64,000 bases of DNA from Eledone cirrhosa (GCA_964016885.1 OZ024765.1:20832001-20896000); one strand, 5' to 3'; positions 1 through 11,318 are shown, counted from the first letter of the stretch. Numbers and translations: made by a program. Notes: generated by a model not told the origin, from the sequence alone.

Positions 1-8
1 ATATATAT

Positions 9-343
9 GGAGGCACATGGCTTAGTAGTTAGAGCATTGGCCTTGCAATCGAAAGGTTGTGAGTTCAATTCTCAGACCAGGTAATGTGTTGTTTCCTTGA
101 GCAAGACACTTTATTTCACATTGCTCCAGTTTACTCAGCTGTAGAAATGAGATGATAGGGACTGGGGTCCCTATCATTCCACTGTAAAGTGGTTGTGGAG
201 GTGCCACGGCAAAAAAGCACCCAGCACTCACTGTAAATGAGGTTGGTGTTAGGAAGGGCATCCAGCTGTAGAAATCAAGCCAGTATCAGTTCCCATCCCA
301 CCCTTGCAAGCAGGGAAAAGCGGACGTAAAATGATGTTGATGA
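9..343 (+). mobile_element. tRNA-derived SINE with CORE-like middle and RTE-derived 3' tail
   Basis: A-box-like TGGCTTAGTAG, B-box-like GAGTTCAATTC, CCTTGAGCAAGACACTT core, tail GCAAGCAGGGAAAAGCGGACGTAAAA(TGA)n. Many copies in the window. Confidence 0.9.
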
Positions 344-369
344 TATATATATATATATATATATACATA

Positions 370-401
<32 letters not shown>

Positions 402-691
402 GTAATAATAACAAATTCGAAGACTAAAATCCAAAGAGGGCTCGATAAGGATAAATATATATCAAATATATAAGAACCGTAGAGCAAATATTTATTAAAA
501 TAACAGATTAAAGTTTAAGCAAAGAATATATATATATATGTATATATGTATATATAGTATATTTGTTTGTGTTTTCGTTCTGTCAGCATTGTATTATATT
601 TTTTATACAACTGGATAAAGATAATGCTGTGCAGATAAGTATATAGGTCTGATTAGATGAGATACTAAAAACATATATATATATATATATA

Positions 692-755
692 TTATCTGAT
701 GAGAACGCAAATATCATCCCATGATATTTGTTTTTGAAATGCGCATAATAAAATA
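692..755 (+). ncRNA. Type I minimal hammerhead ribozyme, family A
   Basis: TTAT-CTGATGA-[stem II GAACGCAAATATCAT/ATGATATTTGTTTTT]-GAAA-TGCGCA(palindrome)-TA-ATAA. Confidence 0.75.
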
Positions 756-876
756 GATGGAACTCTTTTAACCATCTTTTGATTTTATATTATTTATACT
801 CCAGTCCTATAAACTGTTGAGTGCTACTTAACCGATATCTGCATTGCTTTATTGTGCTACAATAAAACTCACCTCC

Positions 877-923
<47 letters not shown>

Positions 924-1367
924 TTAGATAGATATACATATATACACAGATATATACATATATACACAGATATACTACATATATATATACAGATATACTA
1001 CATATATATATACAGATATACTACATATATATACAGATATACTACATATATATATATAGAGAGAGAGAGATATACACACATATATATGCATACACACACA
1101 CACATATATATATAGAGAGATATACACACATATGCATACACACACACATATATATATAGAGAGATATACACATATATATGCATACACACACACATATATA
1201 TAGAGAGAGATATACACACATGCATACACACACACACATATATATAGAGAGAGATATACACATATATATGCATACACACACATATATATAGAGAGATATA
1301 CACACATATATATATGCTTACACACACACATATATAGAGAGAGAGATATACACACATATATATGCAT

Positions 1368-1412
<45 letters not shown>

Positions 1413-1456
1413 GTATTTCTGTAGGAAGGGTAAAGGAGAGGCTACAGAGCTATTTA

Positions 1457-1608
1457 ATTATGTAATAAACAACATAAGACAATTATTCCATTTACCAAAG
1501 GTTTCACGAAGACAGACAAGCTCAACGGAGACGTTTCTGTTGAGCTTGTCTCTCTTTGTGAAACTTTTGGTAAATGGAATAATTGTCTTATGTTGTTTAT
1601 TACATAAT
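1457..1608. repeat. 152-bp near-perfect palindrome
   Basis: Two 76-nt arms with 5 mismatches and no loop. Copy at ~26409-26560. Confidence 0.95.
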
Positions 1609-1728
1609 ATATATATATATATATATATATAGATTTTGAGTATATGTTGGTTGTATACCAACACCTCAGTATGCAGGCTGGAGCACTCGACGAAGTGCGC
1701 AGGTTGGTTTGGTTACTCCGGAGTAATG

Positions 1729-1854
1729 TAAAATAAAGTAAAATAAATAAGTCAAATGTTTAAAATTTAGCCAAAGATGGCTGTCACCGAAATATATATA
1801 GCAGTAATAAACGAAGCTAAATTTTAAACATTTGACTTATTTATTTTACTTTAT

Positions 1855-1858
<4 letters not shown>
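1729..1858 (+). repeat. Fold-back of truncated hammerhead family D element
   Basis: 43-bp perfect inverted arms (1729-1771 / 1816-1858) enclose GCCAAAGATGGCTGTCACC-GAAA-TATATA-TA-GCAGT. Matches the reverse complement of ~18710-18792 but lacks CTGAAGA. Confidence 0.75.
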
Positions 1859-1905
<47 letters not shown>

Positions 1906-1971
1906 GTGAGGTTTTTTTTACAAATTGAAAAATAACCGAGGTGTTCTACACGAGTGAAAGTATAAAGAAAA

Positions 1972-2062
1972 AGTTCTTCTGCTTTTTAAAAGGTGAGTTG
2001 AGATGGAGGGTCTGTGGTAACTCACCTTTTGAAAAGCAGAAGAACTGCGAAACCGGTAAAGG
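1972..2062 (+). other. Long hairpin followed by hammerhead 3' half
   Basis: 28-bp arms (one U.G pair), then GC-GAAA-CCGG-TA. No CTGANGA upstream. Confidence 0.5.
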
Positions 2063-2132
2063 AACCAAATAAATATATATATTTTTTTTAAAAATAAGAC
2101 TCCAGTTGCATTTTTGATTTCATCTCTTTTTC

Positions 2133-2163
<31 letters not shown>

Positions 2164-2164
2164 A

Positions 2165-2402
2165 ACTGTTTCTACTTCTGGCACAAGGCCAGCAATTACC
2201 GAGTGTATTACTGGTACTTTTTTTTTGGGGGGGGGGGGGTCGATTAAATCGACCCCAGTGCGTGACTGGTACTTTATTTTATCGACCCCGTAAGGATGAA
2301 AGGCAAAGTTAACCTCGGCGGGATTTTAACTCAGAATGTCAAGGGCCGTAACTCTATGCGTCAAAGCATGGCGTCCAACCCTCTACTGATACTGCCAATC
2401 CA
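2165..2402 (-). mobile_element. Second tRNA-derived SINE family
   Basis: Reverse complement of the 3856-4041 element (GCCTTTCATCCTTACGGGGTCGATAAAATAAAGTACCAG core). Confidence 0.85.
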
Positions 2403-2937
2403 TCAATATATATTGTTATACTTGGGGAGGGTCATATTGTTGTAATAATATTGGCAGAATTAATAACAGAACACACTCACTGTTTGGTTGATTTTCGCTT
2501 CTGTATCTTTTATATCTTTTATATCTCCATAATTAATTTATTTGGCAATCAATGTTTATCATTGATTGACCAACAGTTAAAAATACAGATATAAATATAT
2601 ATGCATATAGTCTAACAAAGTTCTTTCGTTGCACATCTGTGACATCATCAGTGGTACTATTATCATGTTTCCTCCTGTTGTGTTGTATTGTATGTCTACG
2701 CCATTTTTATTTTATTTATTTATTTCTTCTTGTCTCCGTCTCTGCTCATGTGTTTGCGTGTGTGTATAGTGTTTGGTGTGTGTTCATGTTTGGGTGACTG
2801 TGTATTGGTTTTTGTATTCTATCTTAGTTTACTAGTCTGTGTTTATATGTGTTTGTTGTTATTGTGCTTGTGTATATATCTATTTATATTTCCCTTAAGT
2901 CAGTATTGACAGCTAGATCCGAACTCATATTATATAT

Positions 2938-3270
2938 GCACGTGGCTTAGTGGTTAGAGCATTGGCCTTACAATCGAAAGGTTGTGAGTTCAATTCTCAG
3001 ACCGGGTGATGTGTTGTTTCCTTGGGCAAGACACTTTATTTCACATTGCTCCAGTTTACTCAGCTGTAGAAATGAGATGATAGGGACTGGGGTCCCTATC
3101 ATTCCACTGCAAAGTGGTCGTGGAGATGCCACGGCAAAAAAGCACCCAGCACTCACTGTAAATGAGGTTAGTGTTAGGAAGGGCATCCAGCTGTAGAAAT
3201 CAAGCCAGAATCAGTTCCCGTCCCACCCTTGCAAGCAGGGAAAAAGCGGACATAAAATGAAATGAAATGA
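2938..3270 (+). mobile_element. CORE-like SINE with RTE tail
   Basis: Same family as 9-343. Confidence 0.9.
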
Positions 3271-3297
3271 AAAAAAAATATGTATATATATATATAT

Positions 3298-3404
3298 CAT
3301 CATCATCATCATCATCATTTTACGTCCGCTTTTCCCTGCTTGCAAGGGTGGGACGGGTCTTATTCAGCACAGCATCTCTCCACTCGTCACGGTCCCTCGT
3401 CATC
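3298..3404 (-). mobile_element. Short RTE LINE 3' end inserted in (TA)n
   Basis: Matches 5810-5910. Absent from the homologous site at ~28215-28260. Confidence 0.85.
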
Positions 3405-3407
3405 TAT

Positions 3408-3457
<50 letters not shown>

Positions 3458-3570
3458 CAGGTAGGGTGTGGTAAAAAGCCAGGTGGACCATAACCCACCA
3501 TAGTACTCGATACTTGGATCTAGCTGTTGAAACAGCCAGAGCTCAGCCGTCAGGGTCCTGAATCTTTCCA
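3458..3570 (-). repeat. Unclassified short structured repeat
   Basis: GGACCC..CGGCTGAGCTCTGGCTGTTTCRACAGCTAGATCC also at ~5750-5810, ~2907-2922 (partial), ~28261-28373, ~30675-30735 and ~42700-42760. Confidence 0.65.
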
Positions 3571-3855
3571 TATATATATATATATATTGGTTTTATTCAA
3601 TGAACAAATATAATTATTTCTGAGGTCAGCATAAGACCTATTTTCATCCCTAAAATAATCCTTCATTCATAATATTCTTTTCCATCCAAAACTGAAATCT
3701 ACCTTCCTCTACCCATAATTTAAGGTTCTTCTACTACTATATTACTATCCTGACCCTCACTATCTCTCTATTGGTCAATTCAAAACCTGTTCCCAAACAG
3801 ACCTATTGTATTGAATCTTTGTTTTTTTCAATAAACAAATATCATTATTTCTGAA

Positions 3856-4041
3856 TGGGCGGTGGATTGGCAGTATCGGTAGAGGGTCGGACGCCATGCT
3901 TTCCAGCATAGTTACGTCCCTTTATGATCTGAGTTCAAATCCCGCCGAGGTTGACTTTGCCTTTCATCCTTACGGGGTCGATAAAATAAAGTACCAGTAA
4001 TACACTGGGTAATTGCTGGCCTTGTGCCTAAAGTAGAAACA
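3856..4041 (+). mobile_element. tRNA-derived SINE (second family) with 12-bp target-site duplication
   Basis: TGGCAGTATCGG A box, GAGTTCAAATCC B box. ATTATTTCTGAA at 3844-3855 and 4042-4053. Confidence 0.88.
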
Positions 4042-4230
4042 ATTATTTCTGAAGACAGCATATATATGTGTAGGTATGTATATTCCCTCTGATAGTTTGT
4101 ATAAATATTGTACATAGATCTATAGAATATGCATACCAACTCTAACACATATATATCCTAGAAACGATCTTAAAATGATGAATTTTTTTAATATAAGGAA
4201 CTGTTTCTTTGTTTATTCATTATTTTATTA

Positions 4231-4274
<44 letters not shown>

Positions 4275-4458
4275 ATAATAATAAATTTGAAGACTAAAAT
4301 CCAAAGAGGGCTCGATAAGGATAAATATATATCATATATATAAGAAGATCCCGTTAAGGGTGAAAGCAGCGATTCTTTGCTTATATTTAATTTGTTATTT
4401 TAATAATTATATATATATATGTAATATAAGATCAAAAGATGGTTAAAAGAGTTCCAAG

Positions 4459-4529
4459 TATTTTATTATGCGCATTTCAGAAACAAATATCATCATGAGA
4501 TGATATCTGCGTTTTCATCAGATAAAATA
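4459..4529 (-). ncRNA. Type I minimal hammerhead ribozyme, family A
   Basis: Minus strand: TATTTTAT-CTGATGA-stem II-GAAA-TGCGCA-TA-ATAAAATA (8-bp stem I). Confidence 0.8.
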
Positions 4530-4938
4530 GGGATACATGATATGAAGGTTAAAAAACACTTGTGAATAGTGAAGTTTTAAATCAACATATGAAAAATAAT
4601 TTAAGATTGATGTGTGAGATTGGGGAAAAAGTGAGGGGGGGGGTTGGAAAGAGTAAGGAAGAGGAGGAGATGAGAGTAGAGAATGGTGGGGGAGGAGTAT
4701 AAGAAGGAAGGCTGAGAGAGGAGGAGGAGAGATGGGTGATAGAGAGAGAGAGAGATAGCCTTTACAACTGAGAAAAATATATATTGTCTCACAGAGAGAA
4801 GTTTAAAAGCCGTTGGAAGATAATAGATAATTTAAAAGAATTTGAAATTAAAAGTTGATGAGGAGAAAAAGGGGTTAAGAATAATATTAAATTAAGGTTT
4901 GAATATTGAAATATATATGTATATATATATATATATGT

Positions 4939-5058
4939 GAAGGTGTGTGGCTGAGTGGTTAGAGAATTGGATTTGCAATCGTAAGGTTGTGAGTTCGATT
5001 CCTGGATTGAGTGATGCGTTATGTCCTTGAGCAAGACACTTTATTTCACGTTGCTCCT
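4939..5058 (+). mobile_element. Diverged CORE-like SINE 5' half
   Basis: TGGCTGAGTGG, GAGTTCGATTCC, CCTTGAGCAAGACACTT. Confidence 0.8.
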
Positions 5059-5278
5059 TCTACCTGAAAGACCAACGGAAACATTGTTCCCTCGGTCCGA
5101 TTTGACGAAAGTCGATCGTTTAAAAAAAAAAAAAATATATATATATATATGCAAAAGTTCTATTTAAAGTTGTTGGGATACAAGTAAATATTTTTGTAAC
5201 TGATATAAAGCACTCAACAAGTATTTGGAGTAGATATACGATATTAATAAATGGAAACTATATTTATAAAACCATATT

Positions 5279-5343
5279 TATTTCATTATACATATTTCAG
5301 GGATACCAAATTAAATTATGGTATGCCTTCATCAGACAAAATA
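5279..5343 (-). ncRNA. Type I minimal hammerhead ribozyme, family B
   Basis: Minus: TATTTTGT-CTGATGA-AGGCATACCA..TGGTATCCCT-GAAA-TATGTA-TA-ATGAAATA. Confidence 0.78.
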
Positions 5344-5616
5344 CAATATATAACAGTTTTACAAATAAGCTTTGACGTACCCTATTAAAATGCAACCATT
5401 GGTTTTGGAAGTCATCCGGATAGTGAATTGTTTATATAACTTTAATAAGTCATAGTGTTAAGGACAATTAGAAAAAGACGGAGAGAAAGAAAAAAAGTGG
5501 AGAAATATCGAAGAGAGAGAGAGATGCATGGAGAAAAAAAAAGAAATATATGTATACATATATATATATATATTAAGAATATTAATAAATGGAAAATATC
5601 TTTATAAAACCATATT

Positions 5617-5677
5617 TATTTAATTATACGTATTTCAAGGGTACCAATATTTAAGTACGCTTTCGTCAGATAAAATA
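5617..5677 (-). ncRNA. Type I minimal hammerhead ribozyme, family B
   Basis: Minus: TATTTTAT-CTGACGA-AAGCGTAC..GTACCCTT-GAAA-TACGTA-TA-ATTAAATA. Confidence 0.78.
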
Positions 5678-5809
5678 TAATAATTGGTGTTAAGATAGTG
5701 ACATATCTACATGTGAACTTAATGGTATAAGTCCAATGTATATATATATGAAAAGAGTCAGGACCCCAACAGCTGAGCTCTGGCTGTTTCGACAGCTAGA
5801 TCCGAGTAT

Positions 5810-6368
5810 CATCATCATCATTTTACGTCCGCTTTTCCCTGCTTGCAAGGGTGGGACGGGTCTTATTCAGCACAGCATCTCTCCACTCGTCACGGTCCTT
5901 CGTTATCTCCACCGTGAGCTTCAATGATCTGAGGTCTGTTCTCACCACCTCTGCCCATGTTTTTCGTGGTCTACCTCTACCACGTCTTCCTTCAACTGGC
6001 ATTTCCTGGCACTTCACCCATCGGTCATCCTCCATGCGCATCACATGTCCATACCACCTCAGTCTCCTCTCCCGTACACTACATTCTATCCCTCTCACAC
6101 ACAGTTTCTCTCTCAACACATTTATGCTGGGTCGTTCACGCACATTTACACTGCACATCCAACGGAGCATGCTTGCCTCATTTCTCTCCAGCCGTCGCAT
6201 ATCCTCTGCAGTTACTGCCCATGTATCACTACCATGCAGCATCGCGCTCCTCACACAGGCATCATACAACCGGCCTTTCATACGCAGGGAGAAACCCTTC
6301 TTCGTCAACAGAGGAAGCAACTCCCTAAACTTCTTCCAACCCGTCCTTATTCTAGATACTATGGCCAA
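5810..6368 (-). mobile_element. 5'-truncated RTE LINE (C-terminal region and tail)
   Basis: [48 protein letters not shown], homologous to the C-terminus of 43295-46297. (GAT)n tail. Confidence 0.92.
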
Positions 6369-6395
6369 GTATATATATATATATATATATATATA

Positions 6396-7112
6396 CTGGA
6401 AAATGCTGAGATTCTTTTGAAGTCATTAGAGCAAGCGTCCAACTGTGTTGGACTGTACCTCAACAAATCCAAGACTGAGTGTGTGAACAGATGCGCAAAC
6501 AGCCCAAACTACCCCATCAGAACCCTTAATGGTACCACCCTTAAGCAGGTGGAAGATTACAAGTATCTTGGCTCATATATCTCCTCCTCCAAAAAAGATT
6601 TTCTAACCAGGAAAGGTATGGCATGGTCAGCGTGCAATGACATGCACGCCATATGGACATCTCAACTTACCAACAAGCTAAAACTGGAAATATTCCAAGC
6701 AACCATTAAGCCCATATTACTTTATGGATCCGAAACTTGGACACTAACATCACAACTTGAGAGGAGATTGGATGGCACATATACCCGCCTCTTAAGGAGA
6801 GTGCAAAACCTATCCTGGAAACGACATCCCACCTTGTCTAAAATCTATGGCAAACTCCCTCGAGCCTCTGCCTTTCTAAAATCCCGGAGAGCTCAATTTG
6901 CTGGTCACTGTCACCGTGAAATCATATCCGCTCTCTTGCTCTGGAACTCTGACTCCAGCCTGACTAGGAGTAGGAGGCTGTCATTCCCTGACGTTATCTC
7001 TAGGGATACGGGAATCAGTAGACAGGACCTGGGGGCAGCGATGGGGGACAGGGGATTCTGGGGCATGAGAGTGAGATCCATCATCTCGACAGTAGTCGAC
7101 GAGTGATGATGA

Positions 7113-7115
<3 letters not shown>
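6396..7115 (+). mobile_element. 5'-truncated RTE-X-like LINE
   Basis: VGLYLNKSKTE, YKYLGSYI, ILLYGSETWTLT, LDGTYTRLLR, QFAGHC. (GAT)n tail. Confidence 0.85.
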
Positions 7116-7165
<50 letters not shown>

Positions 7166-7344
7166 AGTAATGGTTTGGGACAAGTCTTTGATATTTTATT
7201 AACTTTGACACTATAATGAAGTGGTAATTGTGAGAAACATTGGAAGAGGGGTTTTGTGGAGTTAACTCAACTTGTGAAGTGTTTCAATGAAAAATATATA
7301 TATGAAGTTATTTATAGTTATATCATTTCTTGTCCTCTTTCCCA

Positions 7345-8148
7345 GAAGACAGGTGGTGGACGTATACAGAAGACTGATAGAAGACAGAAGAGAGAAGACA
7401 GAAGGAGACAAATGAAGACAGATGGAAGAAGATAGACAGAGAAGATAGAAGACAGAAGAGAGAAGACAGAAGGAGACAAATGAAGACAGATGGAAGAAGA
7501 TAGACAGAGAGAAGATAGAAGACAGAAGAGAGAAGACAGAAGGAGACAAATGAAGACAGATGGAATAAGATAGACAGAGAGAAGATAGAAGACAGATGGA
7601 AGAAGATAGAAGATAGAAAGAGGAAGGCAGAAGACGGTAGAAGAAAGAAGAGAAGAAGGTAGGAGAGGAAGAAGAGACAAGAGAAAGATAGAAGAAGATA
7701 GAAGGGAGAAGAAGGTAGGAGAAGAAAGCGGGAATACAGAAGACAGAAGAGAGAAGATTGAAAAAGATAGAAGAAGGTAAGAGAAGACAGAAGAAGAAGA
7801 CAGAAGAAGAAGACAGAAGAAGAAGACAGAAGAAGAAAACAGAAAGAGGAAGACAGAAGAAGGTAGAGAAAGACAGAAGACAGAAGATGGTACAAGAACA
7901 CAGAAGAGAAAGAACCTAGAAGAAGGTAGGAAAAAGAGGAAGACAAGAGAGAAGTGGAAGAGGAAGACAGAAGAGGGAAGACAAGAGAGAAGTAGAAGAG
8001 GAAGACAGAAGAGAAAGAACCTAGAAGAAGGTAGGAAAAAGAGGAAGACAAGAGAGAAGTAGAAGAGGAAGACAGAAGAGGGAAGACAAGAGAGAAGTGG
8101 AAGAGGAAGACAGAAGAGGGAAGACAAGAGAGAAGTAGGAGAGAAGGA
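7345..8148 (+). repeat. Polypurine GA-rich low-complexity tract with internal tandem units
   Basis: GAAGACA/GAAGA repeats. Copy at ~32270-33140. Confidence 0.9.
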
Positions 8149-8325
8149 GTATGTTGTGGGGAGCCAACCAGTGCCAATATTGGTAACAATATCCCAACGT
8201 CCATCAGCACCAAATTTTATTGATTTTTATTCTATTTCTAAGTAAATATAGTTACTAGGTGGTAAATATTTCACCTAGAGAGAGAGGAGAGGGGAGAGGG
8301 GAGAGGGGGAGGGGAGGGAGGGGGT

Positions 8326-8947
8326 ATCATCATCATCATCACTATCATCATTATTACCATAATTGCTACCATCATCATCATCATCATCACTGTTATCATC
8401 ATCATCACCTTCAATGCCACCACCACCAACACTACCACCACCACCGCCACACCACCAACAACATCACCACAATAATCAACATCATCAACACCACCACCAC
8501 CATCGCCAACACCACCACCGCCAACACCACCACACCACCACCGCCAACACCATCACCACCAACATCACCACCACTCACCACACCACCACCAACATCACCA
8601 CACCACCACCATCACCACCATCACCACAATACTCAACATCATCAACACCAACAACAACACCACCACATCACCACCACACCACCACCACCTTCACCACCAT
8701 CACCACAATCATCAACACCACCACCACAACCACCACCAACAACAACACACCAACACCACCATCACCACCACCACCACAACCACCATCACCACCACCACCA
8801 TCACACCACCAACACCATCACCACAATCATCAACACCACCTCCACCACCACTACCACCTCCACCACCACCACACCACCACCACAATCATCAACATCATCA
8901 ACACCACTACCACCACCAACAACAACACCACCTCCACCACTACCACC
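8326..8947 (+). repeat. (CAT)n/(CAC)n degenerate trinucleotide tract
   Basis: Directly visible. Copy at ~33308-33935. Confidence 0.9.
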
Positions 8948-9210
8948 AGTCACTGACCTCCCCCACACTTTACAGAGTGTACTGGGTGCTGCGGTCACTG
9001 ACCTCTGTGTAAGTGGCTGAGTATTCCACAGACATATATACCCTTTAATGTGGTTCTCAGGGAGATTCATTTTGCCTTAGTGTGTGACATGGCTGAGTAT
9101 TCCACAGATATGTGTACCATTGACCTAGTTCTCAGGGAGATTCAGCTATGACACAGTGTATGACATGGTTACGGACCTTTCGGTAACTGGTACAAATTGC
9201 TGCCATCTTG
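8948..9210 (-). mobile_element. Degenerate SINE-derived fragments with internal duplication
   Basis: GGCTGAGTATTCCACAGA..GTTCTCAGGGAGATTCA occurs twice. CACTTTACAGAGTG..TGGGTGC resembles the SINE tail. Confidence 0.55.
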
Positions 9211-10165
9211 TTTACACACACTTACAGACATATATATATATACACACATACACACGGGCAGACATACACATGTATATATACACACACATACATACACACA
9301 CACACACACACATACAGACATACATATACATACACACATATACACACACATACATACACACACACATACAGACATACATATACATACACACATATACACG
9401 CACATGCATACACACACACAGGCAAACATACACAGTATATACACACACATACATACATACACACACACACAGGCATACATATATATATACACTCATATAT
9501 ATACACATATACATACACACAAATATATACACACACATATACACACACACACATATATATATACACATATATATACACACACACATACACACACACACAT
9601 ATATATATATACACATATATATACACACACACATACACACACACACATATATATATATACACATATATATACACACATACAGAGATACACAAACACACAC
9701 ACACAAGACAGTCACACACACCGACAGTCACACACACACATATATAGACATATATACACACATACATATACACACACACACACCTACATATATAGACACA
9801 TATATATACACATACATATACACACACACACACACCTACATATACAGACACATATACACACATACATATACACACACCAACATATATACACACACACATA
9901 TATAGACACATATACACACATACATATACACACACACGGGCAAACATACAGACATACACATATATATACACACACACATACGATGACCCACAAAAACACA
10001 TTGACAAGAACCAATCCCCACCCACTCCCTCCCTCACCACCCTCCATCCCCCACGCCACACCTTTCTAATTAAATTATTGATTAATTACATTCTATTGAA
10101 GACAATCAATGATTTACTTCTACAACAATTTCTAGGTAGGAAACCAGTTAACTCACACACATATA

Positions 10166-10205
<40 letters not shown>

Positions 10206-10297
10206 CATACATATATATACAACCATATATATATATACATACATACATATATATACAACCATATATATATATACATACATACATATATATATATACA

Positions 10298-10328
<31 letters not shown>

Positions 10329-10426
10329 ATACATACATATACATACATACACATACATATATATATATACATACATATACATACATACATATATATACAT
10401 ATATATATATACATACCTATATATAC

Positions 10427-10457
<31 letters not shown>

Positions 10458-10572
10458 CATACCTATATATACATACATACATATATACATACCTACATAT
10501 ATACATACATACATATATACATACCTATATATACATACATACATATATACATACCTATATATACATACCTAT

Positions 10573-10772
10573 NNNNNNNNNNNNNNNNNNNNNNNNNNNN
10601 NNNNNNNNNNNNNNNNNNNNNNNNNNNNNNNNNNNNNNNNNNNNNNNNNNNNNNNNNNNNNNNNNNNNNNNNNNNNNNNNNNNNNNNNNNNNNNNNNNNN
10701 NNNNNNNNNNNNNNNNNNNNNNNNNNNNNNNNNNNNNNNNNNNNNNNNNNNNNNNNNNNNNNNNNNNNNNNN
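10573..10772. other. Assembly gap (200 N)
   Basis: Run of N. Confidence 1.
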
Positions 10773-11000
10773 GCATGACGTGGAGGTGGATGTCTTTAAG
10801 AAACATCTCGACACCTTGTTATCCAGGATCCCGGATGAGCCCACAGCAAGACACGAGGGAAACCTAAGGGCAGGAGCAACAAACTCCCTCCTACACCAGT
10901 GGCCAACCTATACAGGCTGGAGATAAAATGTGTAGCAACAAGGGCGGTGCCCCAGCATGGCCTCAGCCGGATGGCTGAAACAGGTAAAAGAGTAAAAGAG
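10773..11000 (+). mobile_element. CR1-type LINE 3' end
   Basis: [23 protein letters not shown] resembles the C-terminus of the 19439-21012 CR1 ORF. TAAAAGAG tandem tail. Confidence 0.75.
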
Positions 11001-11039
11001 TATATATATATATACATATATATATATATACATATATAC

Positions 11040-11086
<47 letters not shown>

Positions 11087-11172
11087 CATATATACATATA
11101 TACATATATATATATACATATATACATATATACATATATACATATATATATATACATTATATATATATATAC

Positions 11173-11221
<49 letters not shown>

Positions 11222-11267
11222 CATATATATATACATATATATATATATACATATAATATATATACAC

Positions 11268-11318
<51 letters not shown>

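Larger units (their letters stand above)
1..10572 (+). repeat. Duplicated block, copy 1 (copy 2 at ~24957-35600)
   Basis: Colinear near-identical sequence at an initial offset of 24956 (GGAGGCACATGG at 9 and 24965). Copy 1 runs into the N gap. Confidence 0.95.

Noticed and set aside
9-80. tRNA genes at SINE heads
   Set aside because: A and B boxes only, continuing into a SINE body; no proper cloverleaf.
7325-7360. Splice-acceptor-like TTTCTTGTCCTCTTTCCCAG and other short unique islands as host exons
   Set aside because: No supportable coding exon or donor site; needs RNA-seq.
8165-8212. Degenerate hammerhead-like starts (CTGATGG here; TGAAGA at ~52955)
   Set aside because: Core mismatched and no GAAA..UH segment.
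7262-9020. Leu/Ser/Phe-rich and His/Thr/Pro-rich ORFs
   Set aside because: Translation of GA-rich and CAC-rich simple repeats, open in several frames.
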